Virus record (IMG/VR): IMGVR_UViG_2974692648_000001
Span: 64,001-128,000 of that record
DNA length: 64,000 nt
From: a virus
Taxonomy: Duplodnaviria; Caudoviricetes
Strand: one strand, 5' to 3'
The notes below the pieces were generated by a model that saw only the letters and a list, made by a program, of their open reading frames with translations, ran no database searches and was not told the origin of the DNA. Position 1 is the stretch's first letter. Each line of letters starts with the position of its first letter. The translations under genes were made by a program, and so were the position numbers. Of the stretch, positions 1 through 9,937 are shown one piece after another.

Positions 1-1
1 C

Positions 2-385
2 CCTAAGTTGGTTTACACGAAACACTTGGGTCCTAAGTCGATCGGTAAGTGTTACGTAGATAAAGTTCAACTTCCTAGAAAACTCCAGCGTTTCACAGAG
101 GTGATGGTAACACGTGCCGAAATGTATGACTTTGATTGTTTAGGATTACTTACCCCTCATGTCGGTACGTTTGATACGGTCCGTTTTGATCCTGAGTCAG
201 AGAACGAAGAACACTTGGCTTACATCAAGGGATATCACTTCAAGTCAGTATACATCCTTAAAGGCAAACTACTGGCTAAAATTCGTCGTATTGAACTGCG
301 TGATCTGAAAGATCTAACCGAGGTGTTAAGAGGAAAGGGATCAGTTCAATCTCTTTACACTCCTAAAGACCTGGAGCGCGTATGA
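2..385 (+). CDS. hypothetical protein, probably 5'-truncated by the window edge
   Basis: ORF 8..385; the frame stays open to the window start; its stop overlaps the next ATG (ATGA). Confidence 0.6.
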   Translation, partial: PKLVYTKHLGPKSIGKCYVDKVQLPRKLQRFTEVMVTRAEMYDFDCLGLLTPHVGTFDTVRFDPESENEEHLAYIKGYHFKSVYILKGKLLAKIRRIELRDLKDLTEVLRGKGSVQSLYTPKDLERV

Positions 386-879
386 GTGATCTAAGAAACC
401 ATTACGTTCGAGATTGGCTAACCAACGATGAAGGAGCGCTATGTTGCGCCGAATTCTTTATTAGTGAGTCTTACAAAGGGAGGTTCATTAATGTAGGTTA
501 CTCCATCAAAAACCGAAATGTCGCCTCCGTATTTTGTATGTTGGATGTTGACAACACACTGAATCAAGAACTCAACCGCCACATCCAACATGTCACCGAA
601 CTCATTGGTGTACTAGATAAAGTTCATGAGTTCATCACCACTTCGAGTAGTGAAGGGAGTCGACAACGATCTTGGGCGGTCCCACATCGAGATATCCACG
701 ATCAAGTGACTATTTCTATCCAACACCATTTTAAGAACTCTTTTAAAATGATCATACAAATAGGGACTTCTACCACGTATTTTTCTATGGAAGATGAAGA
801 GATGGTGGATGTACTTTTAACATTGACAGACTTGGCGAAACAACATAACAAGGCATTGGGTAAATTGGTGGCGTCATGA
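382..879 (+). CDS. hypothetical protein
   Basis: 165 aa ORF with GGAG RBS and ATGA overlaps at both ends. Confidence 0.75.
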   Translation: MSDLRNHYVRDWLTNDEGALCCAEFFISESYKGRFINVGYSIKNRNVASVFCMLDVDNTLNQELNRHIQHVTELIGVLDKVHEFITTSSSEGSRQRSWAVPHRDIHDQVTISIQHHFKNSFKMIIQIGTSTTYFSMEDEEMVDVLLTLTDLAKQHNKALGKLVAS

Positions 880-1382
880 AAAAGATCGGAAGAAGAGAGT
901 TCTTGAGCGACAAAGGGTTGAGTATGGTCGCCTACAGTTGTTCGGTCAATGACAACAATTTGTTGAAGATGTATTTTACCATCTATCTAAATAAAACGGA
1001 CGTCACTTTACATCGTGAAGTGTCATTGAAAGAATACCCGCTTCGAGAACTCAACATCGAGTCGGCGTTCAACAAAATAGAGCGCCTCATCAAAACTTTA
1101 CAGGAGTACGTAAAACACTTACAAGACGGTGGAGTTGTAAATGATCACCGCCCGGTCGGGTTATTAGTTGAACCTGATACCGGAGACTACGTAGGAGAAA
1201 CCAGTACAGTTCATTTATGGGCTAATGGGGAACAGGTCGTTTTTAGCTTAACTAGTTGTGAAAAGAAACTAAGGACTACCTTGGATCGAGAACCTACGAT
1301 AGAACTACTGACAACACTCATCGGACACTTATGGTGTCACTTAAACGATGCGAAAACGATAACACAGAATGCACTAAAATAA
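876..1382 (+). CDS. hypothetical protein, possible paralog of 382..879
   Basis: 168 aa ORF, translationally coupled to the previous gene. Confidence 0.75.
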   Translation: MKKIGRREFLSDKGLSMVAYSCSVNDNNLLKMYFTIYLNKTDVTLHREVSLKEYPLRELNIESAFNKIERLIKTLQEYVKHLQDGGVVNDHRPVGLLVEPDTGDYVGETSTVHLWANGEQVVFSLTSCEKKLRTTLDREPTIELLTTLIGHLWCHLNDAKTITQNALK

Positions 1383-1396
1383 ACAAGGATTCCACC

Positions 1397-1801
1397 ATGA
1401 CTAAATATCGCACTCTCATAGACCATTACCGAGGCGTGTTAGGTTTAAGTCAAAAACTTAAACCTGTTGACATTAACCGCACCTCCCTCCACATCACCAA
1501 CTTGGGCATCAAAGACCAAGAGACGAAAGCGTTGTTTACCGTCGCTTATTTCCACCTCAAAATTCACACCCGTTTCGATGACAGAAAATCTCAAGTCACC
1601 GCATACACTTTATCCGAAGGCGTGCGATTATTGGGAGCGGGTTACGACAAAGAAACCGTCACAATGGAAATGATCGCTATGCCGAGTAAGTTCTACGACA
1701 ATGAAGAGATCATCGTCAACGTAGCGGATGTGGCATTAGACTACCTGGAACGCATGATAGGTTCTGTGGAAGAAGCATTAAAAGAGCGAGTCATGGCATG
1801 A
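1397..1801 (+). CDS. hypothetical protein
   Basis: ORF 1331..1801; AAGGA RBS supports ATG 1397 (MTKYRT). Confidence 0.7.
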   Translation: MTKYRTLIDHYRGVLGLSQKLKPVDINRTSLHITNLGIKDQETKALFTVAYFHLKIHTRFDDRKSQVTAYTLSEGVRLLGAGYDKETVTMEMIAMPSKFYDNEEIIVNVADVALDYLERMIGSVEEALKERVMA

Positions 1802-2247
1802 AGATCTTGAATAAGACTTATCTGTACTTCGTTAGTTTGTTTTACAATATCTTCTATCGTATCAACCCAGAACAAGAAGTGTTTGTTGGTTATCTAACTC
1901 ACTATCTCTCTAGACTTGGTTTTGACAATGTCCACTTGTTTTTAAACAACGAACGAGTCCAGCGTCAAACCGAGTTTTTAAACTACCATAACTATAAACA
2001 GAATTACCAGGGAGCTGTGTTCATTGCTGGATGTTGTTATGCCGAGTTTAACCTCGGTTTTAAACACCATCATCAGTGCTTGGCATTTGGTCAAACGTTG
2101 TCGGACGTTTTTAAACATCGTCATCAATTTGAAGAAAAGCCAAGGAGCGTGGTGATTGCCGAATCCTTAGAGCGAATGGGGGTAACTGAAACCGTTGAAC
2201 TCTCAAGAGCACTCAATAAGGCTATCGACAAAATCTTAACTTACTGA
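1798..2247 (+). CDS. hypothetical protein
   Basis: 149 aa ORF, ATGA overlap. Confidence 0.7.
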   Translation: MKILNKTYLYFVSLFYNIFYRINPEQEVFVGYLTHYLSRLGFDNVHLFLNNERVQRQTEFLNYHNYKQNYQGAVFIAGCCYAEFNLGFKHHHQCLAFGQTLSDVFKHRHQFEEKPRSVVIAESLERMGVTETVELSRALNKAIDKILTY

Positions 2248-2259
2248 ACAGGAACTATT

Positions 2260-2592
2260 ATGCTGAAGGAAATCATTCAAGCTTTCTCTGACAAAATGGA
2301 AGAGAACGGACCTATTGATCCGAACCAACACCAAGACGACACTATCCTTGTTTTAGGACTTCAGACCACATTACCGCACGAGTGCTTACACCCCAACGGC
2401 CATTTCCTTAACTTGATGGCTTGTGCGTTATCTGGACAACTGCTTGCTCTCAAAGCACTTACTAAGAGTGAAACCAATATCCTCAACGTTCTGCATTACA
2501 TCGACTACTTGCACGAGACAACGCTTTACGGATACGTGGATGTATCTGAGATAGAAGAGTTGAAAGATCAAATCATCTCGGTTACTTTTTAA
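2260..2592 (+). CDS. hypothetical protein
   Basis: 110 aa ORF with AGGA RBS. Confidence 0.7.
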   Translation: MLKEIIQAFSDKMEENGPIDPNQHQDDTILVLGLQTTLPHECLHPNGHFLNLMACALSGQLLALKALTKSETNILNVLHYIDYLHETTLYGYVDVSEIEELKDQIISVTF

Positions 2593-2602
2593 CATTTAAA
2601 AT

Positions 2603-2633
2603 AACTTACACCCATATTACTTGGGTGTAAGTT
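2603..2633 (+). promoter_or_regulatory. perfect 12-bp hairpin overlapping an early-promoter-like motif
   Basis: AACTTACACCCA-TATTACT-TGGGTGTAAGTT; contains CCATATTACTTGGGTGTA, matching the repeated intergenic motif. Confidence 0.55.
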
Positions 2634-2672
2634 CACTCTTAATATTTAATAAACCTTTATAGAGGAAACATC

Positions 2673-2861
2673 ATGAAAGACGTTAACCACCTACTAGCTG
2701 CGCTTGACATCAACCTTAACTTCAATCTACCTGAAACTAATGTCCAAGAGATCATGTGCAAAGTTTGTCCTAACCTAGCCTTACAGCTACTTAAGAAAAG
2801 AAATGAAATTCTTAAAGAGTCTCTGCAACTACACTGTATCTTTAGAGTTGGAAATGGTTGA
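2673..2861 (+). CDS. small hypothetical protein
   Basis: 62 aa with AGAGGA RBS; its stop overlaps ATG 2854 of the next gene (ATGGTTGA). Confidence 0.6.
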   Translation: MKDVNHLLAALDINLNFNLPETNVQEIMCKVCPNLALQLLKKRNEILKESLQLHCIFRVGNG

Positions 2862-4536
2862 CGCACTTAACTTGTTGCAAAACAGTACCGGCTTCTTCAA
2901 TAGAAATTTCAACCACAACATCATCTCTGCACCACTTGCGTTTGGCGAGACTTACTACAACAAGTGTGTTCGTACTTTATCCACTTTAACCCAGGTACCA
3001 CCGCCGGTATCAGAAACCTTCATGCATTGGTTGGTGTTAGGTGAAACAGTTAACAAAACGTTGCCGAGCAACGTCTACTCTAATTTTGAGTATGCATGTT
3101 CATCCATTGGGTTAGGGGAAAGTTTCAAAGCTGTCTTCACTCCTGATGTTACTAATTCATCATTTGATGCGAAGAAAATTACAGCACTTGACCTCACTAA
3201 TTGTCTCAATCAAACGTCAGTGAGTCATGGTTCCGTGCAAGCTGCTCAATTAGCTGAATTTGGAATGAGAGTCACGAACTTAATAAGTGCCCCAATTCCA
3301 TTTGGGACTCGTGCTTTGGACTTAAGTGATCCAACACCGTTGTACGAATTGGTTCTAAAGCATCTAGGTAAATTAAGTGGAGTTAAGTACGAACCTAAGT
3401 TGATTAGTTTAACCAACTTATTGTTGCTTGGCGAAATACCTAAAGAACCTATCCTCCTAGAACCGAAAAATTACCAAAAGTTACTTTCTAATTTTGGTGC
3501 GCAGTATTCGAACATGGAGACTTACGCTTTAATCCAAACCTACGTAAGACCGGCTAGTACTTCTCCAAACATCGCTCAGCTATTAGGATGTGCGGGAACG
3601 TCAAATAGACCGTCGTTCTGTTTGCAAAGTATAGAACATGCTTTCAACACAGTTGCGGAGGAAAAGTTCTCTCGTAAGGAAGCAAGACTGTTGTCAAGAC
3701 TTTACTCCGACTTCCACACTCGTGAACCAGAGTACATCGTTACTCATTACGAATTGGAAGATTTCATGAAGCTAGACTGTTACATCCGTTCTCTGCTCCA
3801 AAAATACCACGGTACATTTGGTGGTGTGTTGAAAGGGGTGACTGCTTGGCACGAGATTCGTGGGAAGTTAAACGAAAAGGCTGATATGGAAATGAAAGAG
3901 AAAACCGATACACCTTTAGCTAAGTTGATGACCAAGTCTCGCTTACAAGCAGAGGCAGTCATCGCCGAAACAACACCTTTCTTATTTGAAGATCGTCAAC
4001 TTACTTCAGAAGAAATTAATGAAGTTCTTAGTCAAGCGGAACACGAGACTTATCTCCTAGCATTGTTAGCGTTAGAAAACCAAATCGACTTAGAAGGTGT
4101 TTTTGATAACCCTGATGAAATCACATCTCTAACCGTTAATAAAACTCAGTCATCGCAAACCTCCCTACCGGAACCGGAAATAACGGACACACCGCTTCAA
4201 ATCAAATTGGAAAAACCTTCCGATGAAGTAAAGGTTGTGAAGTATGTTTTGGACCGACTAAACGATAAACTCAAATATCAAGGGGGTGATCTGGATAATG
4301 TGCTCCAACAGTACTTCGCAACTCGTCCGGTCTCCATCGATACGGTTATTCGTTGTTTGGCCCTGCTTCCTAAATCCGTTGACACCTCAGGGTTAAGTGA
4401 GGAGATCAAAACCACTTACGAAGGACTGATCGCAGGTAAAGGTACAATGCAAATAGAAAGCTTCCCATCCCTGGGTCAATCTATTGCAGAAGCTATTTAC
4501 TTAGCGTTAAACCCTTTGGAATTTGCTGGATGGTAA
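2854..4536 (+). CDS. hypothetical protein (~560 aa)
   Basis: ORF 2803..4536; start probably 2854 by coupling to the upstream small gene. Confidence 0.75.
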   Translation: MVDALNLLQNSTGFFNRNFNHNIISAPLAFGETYYNKCVRTLSTLTQVPPPVSETFMHWLVLGETVNKTLPSNVYSNFEYACSSIGLGESFKAVFTPDVTNSSFDAKKITALDLTNCLNQTSVSHGSVQAAQLAEFGMRVTNLISAPIPFGTRALDLSDPTPLYELVLKHLGKLSGVKYEPKLISLTNLLLLGEIPKEPILLEPKNYQKLLSNFGAQYSNMETYALIQTYVRPASTSPNIAQLLGCAGTSNRPSFCLQSIEHAFNTVAEEKFSRKEARLLSRLYSDFHTREPEYIVTHYELEDFMKLDCYIRSLLQKYHGTFGGVLKGVTAWHEIRGKLNEKADMEMKEKTDTPLAKLMTKSRLQAEAVIAETTPFLFEDRQLTSEEINEVLSQAEHETYLLALLALENQIDLEGVFDNPDEITSLTVNKTQSSQTSLPEPEITDTPLQIKLEKPSDEVKVVKYVLDRLNDKLKYQGGDLDNVLQQYFATRPVSIDTVIRCLALLPKSVDTSGLSEEIKTTYEGLIAGKGTMQIESFPSLGQSIAEAIYLALNPLEFAGW

Positions 4537-4537
4537 G

Positions 4538-4885
4538 ATGTCTCTTGTAGATGAAATACAATCTCCCTTCTTTAGGGAGTTGTGTCAATACCTTAACCAA
4601 CTCACTTACACGTTGGATGATTTTGAAGATCCTTATCTTTATCAAAACCTCCAACAAGAATTAACGCGTGAACTCTTTCGTATATTGAAACCACACGTTA
4701 TATCTCGTCCAGACATTCGGGAGAAATACCGGCAAGCTGATTTAAGGGTACATCTCTTCCTAACGCCCCATGAGGTTCGCTACTGCGTAAAACCAGTAGT
4801 AGTTGACCTAGCGTGGGACTTAATGGAAGAAACCTTACCAGAGCCCGTAGAGAACCCGATGCCGTCGGACAAACTACCATTTTAA
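4538..4885 (+). CDS. hypothetical protein
   Basis: ORF 4523..4885; ATG 4538 directly follows the previous stop. Confidence 0.65.
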   Translation: MSLVDEIQSPFFRELCQYLNQLTYTLDDFEDPYLYQNLQQELTRELFRILKPHVISRPDIREKYRQADLRVHLFLTPHEVRYCVKPVVVDLAWDLMEETLPEPVENPMPSDKLPF

Positions 4886-4898
4886 CATTTAACTAAAA

Positions 4899-4928
4899 AC
4901 ACTACCTGGTCGTAAGACTGGGTAGTGT
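4899..4928 (+). terminator. stem-loop with GTAA tetraloop
   Basis: ACACTACCTGGTC-GTAA-GACTGGGTAGTGT (with G-U pairs). Confidence 0.5.
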
Positions 4929-4946
4929 AATTATAAGGAGGGTAAT

Positions 4947-5252
4947 TTGAACGTACCTGCTGTCTTAGGTGCTATGTTTGGTACCGCTATTACTGGGGCT
5001 ACAACAGAAGACCTGAAAATGACTTTACTAGGTGCGGCTACGGGAGCAATCACCGTGGGTATATTGGACTCTACTCGTGATGAAGACAAACCTTCATTAG
5101 GGACTAGAGATTTTTGTACATCAGCATGTGCTTCTATTTGGCCTGTGCTGATCTACGAAAAACCTCAGGAATATATTCCTTACTACTTTGAAGAAGATGA
5201 ACAATTTACGGGTGACGATATCTTAGATATGCCATTAACATTTGATCATTAG
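4947..5252 (+). CDS. small glycine-zipper membrane protein
   Basis: TTG start after AAGGAGG; hydrophobic GxxxG segments LGAMFGTAITGA and LLGAATGAITVG. Confidence 0.65.
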   Translation: MNVPAVLGAMFGTAITGATTEDLKMTLLGAATGAITVGILDSTRDEDKPSLGTRDFCTSACASIWPVLIYEKPQEYIPYYFEEDEQFTGDDILDMPLTFDH

Positions 5253-5258
5253 CAATTA

Positions 5259-5292
5259 TAACTCCTACCTCCCATTTGGGAGGTAGGAGTTA
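5259..5292. terminator. bidirectional intrinsic terminator (repeated hairpin family)
   Basis: TAACTCCTACCTCCCA-TT-TGGGAGGTAGGAGTTA between convergent genes, with a nearby T-tract. Confidence 0.8.
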
Positions 5293-5313
5293 CTCACTCA
5301 TTTATTTTTTTTG

Positions 5314-6852
5314 TTATGCATCGAAATCGTCGAACTCATTACCGTCATCATCGAGTTGGACTTTAAACGAACGGCGACACTGGTTCTTACCATTTATGTC
5401 ATGAACTAAGCCTTTGGTCGGGTCGAGGTCATAAATGCCGAAGCGATCACTCATTGGAGAACCTTCACCACCTCGCGCTTTACCTAAGGACCATGTGAAG
5501 TACGCTCTATCTCCACCCGGTTTAGCAACGTGGAATGTGAACTCGTAATCTACTTCGTTGGTAATCTTCGTAGAAGTCTCGGTCATGGATTTGCCACCGA
5601 CTTCACGGGCGAAGTAAAGTTCAGATTCATCATCTGCTTCACGGAGATGTTTCTTTGCTTCTGGTGATAACTGGTGGGGAGTCACAAAAGCGATACCCCG
5701 GTTTACCATAAAGGCACGAGTCCGACGATATAAGTCTTGTAACTTATCGCCTTTAGTTTCACCCGTCATCCCCTTTAAGTCAGCCATCGCCAAATAGTCG
5801 TAAGCATAGAAAATGATCTCATGACCTTTCATCTCTAACTTACGGATACGGTCTGTGATGTTGTAGTAGTTATCTTCCGTTGGGTTAACACGGTTGATTT
5901 TCAACACCCAACCGTTCTCAGCAAAAGCGTCGATGATAACTTTAGCGATATCCGCAGCCGGTGTAGAAGTGAAGTCCCCAACTTCACCAGTCTTGTTTAC
6001 CATGATCAGTTTGTAGATACGTTCAATGATAACGTCCAACGCATCTTCTGCTGAATCCAATAATACGGTCGGTATACGACTTCGGTCACGCAACATCGGT
6101 TTGTTGTATAAACCAACAGACGCCACTACATGACCTAGACCAAATGACTTACCACGGTTAGTCAGGGCGTTAATCAAGTAGAACTTACCACGACGTAATC
6201 CACAGTCCGGATACAACGCACGGTTCATACCTTGCAAGCCTAATTTAAGTACACCCTCTGCGGAGGATTCTTCTTTGGCTCGTTCAATGATTTTAGTGAA
6301 AGAGTCTGGGTCATCAGTATCAACGGACTCCACCAGTGAAGGGTCTTTATCCCCTAACATCTTTTGAGTCAATTGATCTTCAATCATGTCGGCTAATGCT
6401 GCCCACTTCTCTTTGGTCATCTTAGATGGATCACCGAAGAAAGGTTCTTTGATTGCTTCTTTAAAATCCAGACCAAACTTTTCGTCTGCTCGTGCTTTAC
6501 GGATTTCTTTGATGTGCTGGTAGATGACCTGTCGGGTGCGTTCTTCTGATGGGTAATCTTCCAGACCGTATTCGATACTGGATTTTAATTCTGGAGCTTC
6601 TTTAGAGAAATCAAGCACACGCTGCATTAAGTTTGATTTTATGACCGGTTCGTCTTTTGGCTGGTCCAGAACCCACTTAATGGTGTCCCTGATTGAAACC
6701 TCTATCTTTTTGTCTTGGGTAAAAACGTCGCCCTTTGCTTCTGGTATGAGCGCCAAGGTATCGAGTAATTCTTGTGTCAAAGATTCGTCGGTCAGCTTAC
6801 TCGCTTGATAGAGAGACGTTAGTATCTTGACTAATTGTAACAGCGGACTCAT
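5314..6852 (-). CDS. dnaB: DnaB-like replicative helicase (phiKZ gp118-like)
   Basis: Walker A ALTNRGKS, Walker B YAYDYL, HQLS motif; divergent from the capsid block as in phiKZ-like phages. Confidence 0.85.
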   Translation of the reverse strand: MSPLLQLVKILTSLYQASKLTDESLTQELLDTLALIPEAKGDVFTQDKKIEVSIRDTIKWVLDQPKDEPVIKSNLMQRVLDFSKEAPELKSSIEYGLEDYPSEERTRQVIYQHIKEIRKARADEKFGLDFKEAIKEPFFGDPSKMTKEKWAALADMIEDQLTQKMLGDKDPSLVESVDTDDPDSFTKIIERAKEESSAEGVLKLGLQGMNRALYPDCGLRRGKFYLINALTNRGKSFGLGHVVASVGLYNKPMLRDRSRIPTVLLDSAEDALDVIIERIYKLIMVNKTGEVGDFTSTPAADIAKVIIDAFAENGWVLKINRVNPTEDNYYNITDRIRKLEMKGHEIIFYAYDYLAMADLKGMTGETKGDKLQDLYRRTRAFMVNRGIAFVTPHQLSPEAKKHLREADDESELYFAREVGGKSMTETSTKITNEVDYEFTFHVAKPGGDRAYFTWSLGKARGGEGSPMSDRFGIYDLDPTKGLVHDINGKNQCRRSFKVQLDDDGNEFDDFDA

Positions 6853-6897
6853 AAATGCTCCAATTTAATGTATATCTTTAAAGGTTAAAGGTTGAAT

Positions 6898-7464
6898 ATG
6901 AAATTTGTGAATAGTGGTCTGTCCGCACCTAAAAAGGTTTGGGTGTTAACCGACCAACAGTTACTAAGTTTAGATGCAGCAGGTATAGGATTTGACCGTT
7001 TGTCAGAACTTCCTACTTTACTTGATAAGTTGCCTGAGCAAGATGTTATCGACATTGCATTAACTCAATACCGAGTCGGTTTGAAGTTTGGTGTGGACGT
7101 TGGAAACGTGTTCGAACAATTTAATGATGACTATAAAGATATCCTGCTCAGTAAAATTAAAACCGAACAGAAACGTCTTTCTAAGGTACAACATCTTACG
7201 GAATTGAAGAACTACAGTAAATTCTATGTACATAACACTAATGAATTATTGGTGTTGGTCATCACAGACGCTGAAGTGTCTATGAATTATATTAGTGGAC
7301 TATGTGCTTCGTTCACTGAGCTACATGTGCAGTCGTTTACCGAAAGCATGTTGAAAGCATTGTATCAAACTTACGGTTACACCTACCTTCATCATAAAGA
7401 GTGTTGCCGCAATTTGATAGATGGAGAGTTCAACTTGGCTAAGGTTTACCAAGCATTGGTCTAG
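6898..7464 (+). CDS. hypothetical protein between helicase and capsid genes
   Basis: ORF 6892..7464; position matches a conserved phiKZ-like gene (recalled synteny). Confidence 0.7.
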   Translation: MKFVNSGLSAPKKVWVLTDQQLLSLDAAGIGFDRLSELPTLLDKLPEQDVIDIALTQYRVGLKFGVDVGNVFEQFNDDYKDILLSKIKTEQKRLSKVQHLTELKNYSKFYVHNTNELLVLVITDAEVSMNYISGLCASFTELHVQSFTESMLKALYQTYGYTYLHHKECCRNLIDGEFNLAKVYQALV

Positions 7465-7563
7465 TGTGTTGTAACATTCTATGTGCAACAGAAAAGCACA
7501 AACAAATATTTGTTTATGTTTATCATTAAAATTAATACATTTTTTCGATAAAGGAAAAGAGTA

Positions 7564-9756
7564 ATGAAAAGAAATATCGTAGCTCAGCTGACCCCTAGTT
7601 CTGCTGGCGTTTACACAGCTATCAAAGCGGGTCTTAACCAAGGCGCTTTCCAGTCGTTTGCTGGTGTTGAATCTCTACAAACAGCGAGCGAGCAATTAGG
7701 CTTGGTTACTGGTAACGAATCATTCAGTGGTTCTGCGCGTGAAACACTTAAAGCCCTAACTGGTGAACAGCAATTCGCTGTAATCAACTCTGTGCAGCGT
7801 GCACTAGAGAAAAACTCTGTTGACGGCATGGAATCTCTACTAAGCGAAGAAAAGAAAGTCGCTGGTATGGAAGGTTTCTCTTGGGCTCAGTCTCCTGGTC
7901 ATTCTGTTGAAGGCAAAGCGGCTTCTATCACACTTAACGCTCTAGCTCACCGTCAAACTGACGCAGCTGAAGCGATGTTCAAGACGGTTTCTGTTCCTTA
8001 CGAATCAGAGCAACTTGAATACACAGTTCGTACTTCAGGTCTAGGTCGTTACATCTACGGTGCATCTGCATTTGATTCAGCGTCTCAACTACAACCTGTT
8101 ACAAGCCTACTGCGTCAGTCTAAATACTTCCTAGACGACACACTAGAGCTAACTCCGGTTTACCCAGCGGCATCTGATTCTCCAGTTCGCAAGCTATTCG
8201 TTGACGAAGCAGACTTCACTCCTTGGGAAAAGTCTTACTCTAACGCGGACGCACTACGTCGCTCAAACCACCTAACGTCTTTCATTAAGACTGGTAAAAC
8301 AATTACCAACCTACTAGGTATCGCTGAAGTACCTGGACAGACTCCTTTCGATAACTCAACTGACGAAATCGAAGCGAACTCTATCACTGTTCAGAAAGTT
8401 CTATTCAAAGTAACTATCGGTGGCACTGACCACGTTCTAGTACTTCCAACGAACAACTTCACAAACTCTTCTTTCGGTGTGACTTCTAACGGCCACAGCT
8501 CTGACGACCGTCTACTAAACATGGTTGTAAAAGCTCTACCTGTTACTGCGTTCCAAGCAAAAGACGGCACTGAAACAACAGCATTCGATCCAGTACAAGC
8601 TGGCGGCGCTAAAGCTTACTTCAGCTTTACACTTGGTGGTACTTACCAACGTCAAACTAACTCGATCACGACTAACGCGTCTGATCTAAACCTTGACTAC
8701 ATCGAACTAGATGACGTTAAGCACAACCAGGCTACTAAGTCTACTACTGTGAAAGCGCTATTCAGCAAGTTCGAAAACGGTCAAGTGATCGGTTGGTTGC
8801 CTTCGTACAACCACAACAACGTTAACCGTACTAACTTCGGTTACCGTGTTGAAGTGTTCGACGCACACAAAGTGATGAACGTTCGTCGCGAAACTCCTAT
8901 CTCTGTGAAATACCCAGTTGATAAGAACGACGTGAACGAAGAGTCTCTAAGCTTCGCTATCGAAGAGATGAACACAATCCTACAAGCGCAAACTACAGCT
9001 AAAGCTTACCAAGCTGCTGAAGGTCACATTGCACGCGTAGCATCTCTAAACGGTCACGCGATCGTAGGTAACGAACAGTCTGCTTCTGTAATGGCTGGTA
9101 TGCACTTCGTTAACGCTTCTTACCTAAACCGTAAGATGAAGCTAGCGGACGCTGTATCTGCTCTTGACTCTACTACAGTTCTAGAAGCTGTAGAGAAAAC
9201 GCTAACTATGAACATCACTGAGCTATGTGCAGCACTAAGCACAGTGTCTGGTCTAGCGGCGATTTCTGAGTACCGTCGTATCGACAAGAAGTGGGTAATC
9301 GTTGGTCACCAAAACCTAGCACGCTACATGATCCGTCAAGGTGATGCACGTACTATCGGTGCTGGTATCTCGTTCCAAGCGATCGAGTCTAACCTAGACG
9401 ACATGATCGGTAAGTTCTACATCTTCCCAGAATCTGACACTAACGGCGAAAACATCGACGTTATCGGTGGCATGGGTGTGATGGTTTCTAAAGAACACCA
9501 AGTGATCCAAGCGAACCTAACTCGTAACAACGCGGACTTCGGTATCGTAATCACTCAACCAGCATACAAACACCACTCTGTATGTCCTATCATCGGTGTA
9601 CTAGAAATCGAAGATGCGAAACACGCAATCGACGAAGAAGGTCTAATCCGTTACCTAAACGCTCAGCGCGTAAAAGTAACTAACGCCGACGAGTTCCCTG
9701 AAGCTGGTGGTGCTGCTGGTGCATCAGCTGACGCTGACGCTGGTAAACTACCATAG
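7564..9756 (+). CDS. major capsid protein (phiKZ gp120-like)
   Basis: 730 aa; strong high-expression codon bias; N-terminal G-x-E propeptide cleavage motifs; RQTDAAEAMFKTV and C-terminal QPAYKHHSVCPIIG segments typical of phiKZ-like MCPs; synteny. Confidence 0.85.
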   Translation: MKRNIVAQLTPSSAGVYTAIKAGLNQGAFQSFAGVESLQTASEQLGLVTGNESFSGSARETLKALTGEQQFAVINSVQRALEKNSVDGMESLLSEEKKVAGMEGFSWAQSPGHSVEGKAASITLNALAHRQTDAAEAMFKTVSVPYESEQLEYTVRTSGLGRYIYGASAFDSASQLQPVTSLLRQSKYFLDDTLELTPVYPAASDSPVRKLFVDEADFTPWEKSYSNADALRRSNHLTSFIKTGKTITNLLGIAEVPGQTPFDNSTDEIEANSITVQKVLFKVTIGGTDHVLVLPTNNFTNSSFGVTSNGHSSDDRLLNMVVKALPVTAFQAKDGTETTAFDPVQAGGAKAYFSFTLGGTYQRQTNSITTNASDLNLDYIELDDVKHNQATKSTTVKALFSKFENGQVIGWLPSYNHNNVNRTNFGYRVEVFDAHKVMNVRRETPISVKYPVDKNDVNEESLSFAIEEMNTILQAQTTAKAYQAAEGHIARVASLNGHAIVGNEQSASVMAGMHFVNASYLNRKMKLADAVSALDSTTVLEAVEKTLTMNITELCAALSTVSGLAAISEYRRIDKKWVIVGHQNLARYMIRQGDARTIGAGISFQAIESNLDDMIGKFYIFPESDTNGENIDVIGGMGVMVSKEHQVIQANLTRNNADFGIVITQPAYKHHSVCPIIGVLEIEDAKHAIDEEGLIRYLNAQRVKVTNADEFPEAGGAAGASADADAGKLP

Positions 9757-9790
9757 AGCGAACTAGTTAACTAAACCGTTAACTTACTTT

Positions 9791-9826
9791 AATACTCCTC
9801 CCTGCTTTCGGGCAGGGAGGAGTATT
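9791..9826 (+). terminator. intrinsic terminator after the capsid gene
   Basis: AATACTCCTCCCTGC-TTTCGG-GCAGGGAGGAGTATT. Confidence 0.8.
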
Positions 9827-9849
9827 ATGTTTCTGTTAAATTTTTACAA

Positions 9850-9867
9850 ACCTATATTATCTTCCTG
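9850..9867 (+). promoter_or_regulatory. putative early (virion RNAP) promoter
   Basis: ACCTATATTATCTTCCTG, partial match to the repeated CTATATTAYYTGRGTG motif. Confidence 0.45.
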
Positions 9868-9937
9868 ATGCATGACGATGTATCGTTTAATTACTTAATT
9901 AAGTTTTGTTGTACATTACCTCATGAGGAAATATATT

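Noticed and set aside
2603-2633. N4-type hairpin promoter as a general mechanism
   Set aside because: Only one of six motif copies forms a hairpin, and the RNAP gene here is of the multisubunit type
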